Shown: positions 46,255-51,336 of the stretch, one piece after another | Position numbering within the stretch: position 1 is the first letter of the stretch | How the letters are laid out: every line of letters begins with the position of its first letter | IMG/VR virus record: IMGVR_UViG_3300022930_000004 | Coordinates: 1-51,336 of that record | Length of the DNA stretch: 51,336 nucleotides | Direction: 5' to 3' (one strand) | Origin: a virus | Taxonomy: Duplodnaviria > Caudoviricetes | Translations under genes and position numbers: made by a program | Notes under the pieces: generated by a model | Told to the model about the DNA's origin: nothing | Seen by the model: the letters and a program-made list of their open reading frames with translations, nothing else | The model's database searches: none

Positions 46255-46983
46255 ATGAAAACACTACTAATAGGGTCATCTGCAATAAAGGAGTATTATC
46301 CAGAATTCAAAAGAGAGCCTAAAGACATAGATTATGCTTGTGATGAAAGGTATGTGCCTAGAAGCGGTAATACAGAGTATTTGTACAATCCTATCATAAT
46401 ACAATATTCATTAGGAAGGGACTCAATAACTATGAACGACCTTTTAACATTAAAGGTTTCCCACTTGTTTTGGGATATAAATTGGGAGAAACACATGTTT
46501 GATGTTCAGTTTTTATTAAGCAAAGGTCACGCTTACAATTTGCCTTTAATGGAAAAACTTATCGAATTCTGGAAAAAACACCTGCCTTCTATAAGGAGAA
46601 GCGATCTAAAAATGTCAAAGAAGGATTTCTTTAATAATTCTGTAAACAATAACACCAGCCAGCATGATGAGTTTCATTATATGCTTAATCCTGTACCAAT
46701 GTTCACGCTGCTGCTAAAAGAAGGTTCAGAAGTCGAACTTGAAGAGTCTAAGTGGTACGAATTATCTCATACCGATAAGAACAAGGTTGTATGGGAAGAA
46801 ACGGCTGTAATGGCTTTTGAAAGATACCCTAATCTCAACTACAGGAAATCGTTCACACTTCAATTAAAGGACAACATAATAAAGCATTTTCCTTTATATA
46901 TAGCACTTCATGCTATATGCAATTACCCTGAAATTCAAAACTCAAAAATAAATTTTATTAACACTTTAAATCAAAAGAAATGA
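46255..46983 (+). CDS. Putative nucleotidyltransferase-fold protein
   Basis: LIGS.A.......R.PKDID (GS..DxD) motif, then L.TLK.SH..W...WEKH..D and HD..H. Confidence 0.65.
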   Translation: MKTLLIGSSAIKEYYPEFKREPKDIDYACDERYVPRSGNTEYLYNPIIIQYSLGRDSITMNDLLTLKVSHLFWDINWEKHMFDVQFLLSKGHAYNLPLMEKLIEFWKKHLPSIRRSDLKMSKKDFFNNSVNNNTSQHDEFHYMLNPVPMFTLLLKEGSEVELEESKWYELSHTDKNKVVWEETAVMAFERYPNLNYRKSFTLQLKDNIIKHFPLYIALHAICNYPEIQNSKINFINTLNQKK

Positions 46984-47246
46984 CAATTGAAAAAATCAAT
47001 GATGTTCTGTCAAACATGCAGAACCTGGAATCAAAGTTCAAACTCATCAGCCAAGATGTATCAGACGGATATAATGACGAAAAAGATCAGGGTTCGGTAG
47101 GTATGAAGGTTGAAATATTCGACATCGGAGAATCAGACACATTCCTGAAAGTAGTCAGTAACACCGACAGCTATGGCGACAACGAAGCTGTGGTTAAGCT
47201 TCAATTTGTAAAAGCAAACGTAAAAACAGTTATAGAATACATTTAA
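46980..47246 (+). CDS. Small acidic protein
   Basis: ATGA-coupled to the NTase; weakly similar to the next gene. Confidence 0.7.
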   Translation: MTIEKINDVLSNMQNLESKFKLISQDVSDGYNDEKDQGSVGMKVEIFDIGESDTFLKVVSNTDSYGDNEAVVKLQFVKANVKTVIEYI

Positions 47247-47258
47247 ACCAAAAGAAAC

Positions 47259-47549
47259 ATGACGGCATTAGAAATTATTGAAAAAGTAGAAGAGTTAGAT
47301 ATCAGCGTAAGTGAATTCGCTTATGGGGATTTTGAAAACCCATTAGAAGGCGTTGGAGAATGGGAAGAGGTAGATCAGCATGGTGGAGAAGGACAAGGCG
47401 ACGACTGGCACTCGGTGAAACACTTCAAGGATCATGATATCTACATAAAGACCGAAGGATTTTACAGCTCATACCACGGCACTGATTTTGAGTCAGGCTA
47501 CGGAGAAGAGGTAAAGCCAAAGGAAAAAACTATTACGGTTTACGAGTAA
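47259..47549 (+). CDS. Small acidic conserved phage protein
   Basis: GGEGQGD..Y.K..GFYSSY.G...EV.PKEKTITVYE pattern. Confidence 0.7.
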   Translation: MTALEIIEKVEELDISVSEFAYGDFENPLEGVGEWEEVDQHGGEGQGDDWHSVKHFKDHDIYIKTEGFYSSYHGTDFESGYGEEVKPKEKTITVYE

Positions 47550-48326
47550 CTAACCCACCTCAAACCTAATCAAATTATTCTCATCGTAAATAATGGCGTT
47601 CTGTAGGATGTAAATCTTAAACAGAGCGCCTTCTACGTTTATACGATCAGGTTGCAATGTAAACACATCTGTTAAGTTTTCTCCGCTTGTCGTGTTTACT
47701 ACATCCAATAATGACTTAGAATCATGAACCGCGATAACCTGAATCCTTGTCATTCCAGTTCCGTATGTTATAGGAGAATTCAAAACAGATCCACGATTAA
47801 GCGTCAATATATTTGCGCTAGTTGTCGGAACGCTTGATTTAGCGCCATAGAACACGGTCAATTCTATTTCCGGAGTAATTACCTCAACACGATCCAAAAT
47901 ATGCTCAAACTTAACCATTTTGCGGTCTATTGATTGAGTAGTAGTTTCCGCGCTTAAATCCAGTGATTCCAATATCCGCGTATCTTTATTCCTGAAATTA
48001 GGGATCTGTATTCCTGTCCTGACTACGGATATAGCGATTTGCTCAATATCATCCACCTGAGCCGCATTTGAATATCCGGCAACGTTTACATTATAAATGT
48101 TAACATCTACAGTACATGACCACTCAAAGTAAGTGTTTTTGTTTTCTCCTTCACTTGGTTTAGCTATGAGCGTTTCGTTTTTACTTAACGAATCCAGGAT
48201 AATATATTTTGATGGTGCTGTTACATTCTTAGGTATTCTTTTATGCCATACTTTTAATCCTGTAGCGGATTCCAAAGCTGTAATATATGCGGCACGTATG
48301 TATTTGTCTGGATTCAAGAAGTTCAT
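47550..48326 (-). CDS. Tail terminator/completion protein with appended C-terminal domain
   Basis: Position between gp10 and the tube gene; NPDKYIR.A..P..YIIL N-terminal domain; C-terminal domain shared with 38022..38759. Confidence 0.7.
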   Translation of the reverse strand: MNFLNPDKYIRAAYITALESATGLKVWHKRIPKNVTAPSKYIILDSLSKNETLIAKPSEGENKNTYFEWSCTVDVNIYNVNVAGYSNAAQVDDIEQIAISVVRTGIQIPNFRNKDTRILESLDLSAETTTQSIDRKMVKFEHILDRVEVITPEIELTVFYGAKSSVPTTSANILTLNRGSVLNSPITYGTGMTRIQVIAVHDSKSLLDVVNTTSGENLTDVFTLQPDRINVEGALFKIYILQNAIIYDENNLIRFEVG

Positions 48327-48378
48327 GTATATGCATTTGTTACAATCAAAGATACAGATAAAGTTGTATGTTTGGACT

Positions 48379-48522
48379 ATGAAGCCATTAAAATACGACC
48401 ATACGCACGGTGATACTAAGGAAGCTAAAATGTTTAATCATGGTGAACGGAGTATGAAGATAAGACGTATTATGTTTAAAAAAGCTACTAAGAGGGCATT
48501 AAAAGATTTGGACAAGGAATAA
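48379..48522 (+). CDS. Small basic protein (47 aa)
   Basis: ATG 48379 is 4 nt after TATGTTTG. Confidence 0.55.
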   Translation: MKPLKYDHTHGDTKEAKMFNHGERSMKIRRIMFKKATKRALKDLDKE

Positions 48523-48550
48523 ATTATTTGACAGTTTAAAAAAAAATACA

Positions 48551-48754
48551 ATGTATAAATGCGAAAAACACTTGGGATTAGAAAATGAATATTGTTCTGA
48601 TTGTGATAAAATAATTGAGCGTGACCACTCAGACCAATCTTCATCAAGGTTAAAAGATATGTATTATGAATCTAAATCTAGTGGCCATTATGTGACAATT
48701 AGAATCAGACATTGTGATACGTGCGGTGAAATAAACTCTTTAGATTGGGATTAA
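48551..48754 (+). CDS. Small Zn-binding protein
   Basis: C..H..CSDC..CDTC pattern. Confidence 0.55.
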   Translation: MYKCEKHLGLENEYCSDCDKIIERDHSDQSSSRLKDMYYESKSSGHYVTIRIRHCDTCGEINSLDWD

Positions 48755-49170
48755 AACTGTTTTAAATACGTTGTTAATGCTACCTCTAAGTCATCAGTGA
48801 TTTTATCCCGCCTCGATAGGAATGCAGGAAAAAGGAACGGTTGTGGTCGTGTCTTTCCGCTGCCATCCACGTAGAATTCCATGGCGTAGCCGCTATATCC
48901 GGTCGGAACTTCTGTAAACTGTCCTGAACCGAATTCCTGATAAGGCGCATATTTAGCTGAAAAACCAACGGTATACCCGCCATCTATTTTATCAACAAAA
49001 GCAGAAGCCCTCAATAATCCTTTATCGGTCGGAACTCTGGATAAAGCATCTGCCAATATCGCATCAGCAATGGCTTTTATTTCCTTGTCGACTTCTAAGG
49101 GAACAGACCTTTCCATTTTAGTTAAGTCTCTTTGCAGTTCTCTAAGTCCTTTTATCTTGAATTTTGCCAT
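48751..49170 (-). CDS. HK97 gp10-like neck/tail completion protein
   Basis: IKGL.EL..P.D.G.LR.S..YAPY.EFG..PQPFLFPA motifs. Confidence 0.88.
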   Translation of the reverse strand: MAKFKIKGLRELQRDLTKMERSVPLEVDKEIKAIADAILADALSRVPTDKGLLRASAFVDKIDGGYTVGFSAKYAPYQEFGSGQFTEVPTGYSGYAMEFYVDGSGKTRPQPFLFPAFLSRRDKITDDLEVALTTYLKQF

Positions 49171-49244
49171 ATGTAAAGGTAATGAAAAAGCCCCTACAAA
49201 ATGCAGAGGCTAAATCAGATTTTACGTATCCACACGGTCGGTTT

Positions 49245-49427
49245 TTATCTGAGAAACGGATTGCCTTTTTCTCTTAAAATATCCAAATAGGTTACAACTT
49301 TCCCTGATTGTGTTTCATACCATTGAGCGCCTGATCCATTCCTTTGGTTTATAATCTTTTCGCCATTGTACGATTTCAATTGACCTGACGCTGCGTCATC
49401 AACTGTTTTTCTATCTTTTTCGGTCAT
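49245..49427 (-). CDS. Hypothetical protein
   Basis: Start at MTEKD, downstream of TATGTTTG 49450-49457. Confidence 0.5.
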   Translation of the reverse strand: MTEKDRKTVDDAASGQLKSYNGEKIINQRNGSGAQWYETQSGKVVTYLDILREKGNPFLR

Positions 49428-49535
49428 AATTATTATTTTAATGTGAACACAAACATACTCATTAGCTCCGAATACTGAGTGTAACATTTAAGATACATTT
49501 ACCTTTAATTGAGAATGGTTGCTTATGTTTGGGGT

Positions 49536-49706
49536 ATGGAAGAAAAAATAGAACTAGTAAAAAAGATTCTACTAGAAAACGGGATTAGAATTGACTTAGG
49601 TGGTTGCGGATGTTGTGGATCTCCTTGGTTTAAATTTGAGTATAAAGGAGAAATTATACTTGATGAGAATGGTGTTAATATTGATATGTTTGAAAAATCT
49701 GAATAA
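49536..49706 (+). CDS. Small protein with GGCGCCGSP motif
   Basis: ATG 49536 is 4 nt after TATGTTTG. Confidence 0.6.
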   Translation: MEEKIELVKKILLENGIRIDLGGCGCCGSPWFKFEYKGEIILDENGVNIDMFEKSE

Positions 49707-50074
49707 TGGAAACAGGAAAATTAGTAAGTATAGCTATAAATGATAAGCTCATTCACGCTCAACTATCAGAAACCCTAACTCTGGTTACATCAGATAATGT
49801 AAGCGATTGGGATGTTCAGCCTGATAGATCGTGGAGTATGAATTTCAGTGTTAATACTGATGGCTTAGTGAATGCTTGTAATAATGCTATTGACGCATTG
49901 GACTCGCTCAAAATGCGGATGAATAACCTAAAGGCAGAAATTACCATTGACGGCAAAGTTGTTGAACGACAAATAAAATCTTGCGGCAGTAAAATGGTAA
50001 GAAAAATTGAAAGAAATAAGGCTTACGCAAGGCCTGTAATTTATTATATTGAGGAATTTTATTGTAAATTTTAA
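49706..50074 (+). CDS. Truncated tail-tube-like protein
   Basis: N-terminal GKL....N......Q...TLT....W......RSW aligns with the tail tube; C-terminal half unrelated. Confidence 0.5.
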   Translation: METGKLVSIAINDKLIHAQLSETLTLVTSDNVSDWDVQPDRSWSMNFSVNTDGLVNACNNAIDALDSLKMRMNNLKAEITIDGKVVERQIKSCGSKMVRKIERNKAYARPVIYYIEEFYCKF

Positions 50075-50383
50075 GTTATGATATTATTCGAATTTGGCCG
50101 TATAAAACGACATGAATATCCGTTAGCAAAATTATGCATTCGCCTTGATCAGAATTTCAAAATTCACCGATCAATACAATGGTGCTTTATCTATAAAATG
50201 TTTAAGATTGGATTTATTGAAGTTTATTGTGAATCACTAGAATGAAAAAAGTAACAACACACCAAGGATTAAGGATAAGTAGACTTAAAAACGGCCTGCA
50301 CGCTATATATAAAGGTAGATTTGCGTGTTCAATTTACAGGTATAGAACTATTAATGCGTGTAAGGAATAAATAAGGTCTTGGT

Positions 50384-50752
50384 CTAAGAAGAAACAGCAC
50401 ACAACACCTTCAAAAACGTGCATGGATCATCTATTTTAGTTACACTGGTAATCACATAATTCAGTCCATCATACGTTATTCTCATATCTTTAACATGCAT
50501 AAATCCTGCTCTATTCCTTATTATGAAATACTGGTATGTTTCGTAATCTGTTTTGCCGGAATTAAGCAAGTTTTGTGTGTATTGGCTAGGTTCTTCTTTT
50601 CCTGCCCATGTTTCTAGGATTACGTTTTGAGATACCGCAGTGCCACCATAACCATCATCAATAGTTACATCTTCAACGAATTGTATTTTGTGACGGAGAC
50701 GGCCAGCGTCATAGTGTTTTTTCGAGTCGTATGGTGATTTAGGTAAGGCCAT
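50384..50752 (-). CDS. Head closure / head-tail adaptor (SPP1 gp16-like)
   Basis: AGRLRHKI....DDGYGG....WA...F.IR...MRI.Y.G..Y.I motifs. Confidence 0.88.
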   Translation of the reverse strand: MALPKSPYDSKKHYDAGRLRHKIQFVEDVTIDDGYGGTAVSQNVILETWAGKEEPSQYTQNLLNSGKTDYETYQYFIIRNRAGFMHVKDMRITYDGLNYVITSVTKIDDPCTFLKVLCAVSS

Positions 50753-50755
50753 ATC

Positions 50756-51205
50756 TTAAAAAGTTGCGCTCCTTCTCCATTTGTTAACAAGCATTTGCAC
50801 ATCCCAAGGCAACCCAGCGGTATATATATCTTTGTTTTCTGTCAGATAAGTGATTAGCTTATATGCAGCCTCGACAAGCTCTTCTGGTATATTGTCTGGA
50901 TTTGAATAGCCTACTGTAGCATTCAGTACCGTTCCGCTCTTTGCGTAATACGTTTTACTTAACACATGAGCGCATACCCTATCAACAGTCGTACTTACCT
51001 CTAATGGATAATCGTAAATCTCTAGCGAACAACCATCAATGACATATTCCTTTGGCCTTTGATAAAGCATGTGATTGGTATACTTTTCTATATAACCAAC
51101 AGCAGCTTTAATATGCCTGGTTATTTCAGCGTCACGATCAGGGAAATCTATTACTAAGAAATCCTTTGCTTGCTGTAGGGAAATTATGTCTAGTGCTGAT
51201 GCCAT
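50756..51205 (-). CDS. Head-tail connector (HK97 gp6 / SPP1 gp15-like)
   Basis: ISL..AK.FL.ID...D..I...I.AA...IE.YT..GY...P..L..A....YL.EN; start moved to ATG 51205. Confidence 0.88.
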   Translation of the reverse strand: MASALDIISLQQAKDFLVIDFPDRDAEITRHIKAAVGYIEKYTNHMLYQRPKEYVIDGCSLEIYDYPLEVSTTVDRVCAHVLSKTYYAKSGTVLNATVGYSNPDNIPEELVEAAYKLITYLTENKDIYTAGLPWDVQMLVNKWRRSATF

Positions 51206-51209
51206 GTCC

Positions 51210-51336
51210 AAAGTTAACAAATAAAAGGCGTAATACCATCCGATAATTACGCCTTTCAAACAAACCAAACTTACTCATGAAAGTAATTGCCTCATTTCTC
51301 CTTACTGATTACTTTCGGATAAGCGAATTGTGATCA
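51210..51336. repeat. 127-bp terminal direct repeat, right copy
   Basis: Identical to 1..127. Confidence 0.95.

Larger units (their letters stand above)
1..51336. mobile_element. Complete tailed phage genome (siphovirus morphotype, HK97-type head), probable Bacteroidota host
   Basis: Full set of terminase, portal, protease, capsid, neck, tail tube, tape measure, lysis and replication genes; no host housekeeping genes; ends overlap exactly; Bacteroidota-type TAnnTTTG promoters throughout. Confidence 0.95.

Noticed and set aside
51206-51268. N-terminal extension of the head-tail connector in the ORF track
   Set aside because: It runs through a terminator hairpin and the -7 element; ATG 51205 fits the family start and the leaderless pattern.
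51210-51336. 127-bp terminal repeat as a biological packaging DTR
   Set aside because: An exact 127-nt overlap matches a common assembler k-mer length and cuts through a promoter and terminator. It is best read as a circularisation artefact, and the true termini are unknown.

Overview
This window is an apparently complete, circularly assembled genome (51,209 bp plus a 127-bp terminal overlap) of an HK97-type siphovirus. Its host is most likely in the Bacteroidota, inferred from TAnnTTTG-type promoters and a BT4734/VirE-type primase. The minus strand carries the canonical gene order: terminase, portal, protease, capsid, tRNAs, neck, tail, tape measure, baseplate and lysis, plus recombination and replication genes. 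This backbone is cut into many separately promoted units by plus-strand islands of accessory genes. No integrase, CRISPR array or reverse transcriptase was recognised. The main unexplained signals are: (1) a palindromic box GTAAC-N6-G(T/A)TAC at about 13 promoter regions with fixed spacing to the -7 element, together with a late-specific -7 variant and about 14 apparently leaderless genes; (2) a tail-fibre-like protein with a Sec signal peptide that shares a C-terminal domain with its cytoplasmic neighbour; (3) a covarying terminator/pseudoknot RNA leader present twice; (4) an aberrant tRNA with an 8-nt anticodon loop among structured spacers; (5) an IbrA-GNAT-IbrB putative modification module; and (6) truncated look-alikes of virion proteins in the plus-strand islands. 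All protein family calls come from motif recognition by eye, not from database searches.
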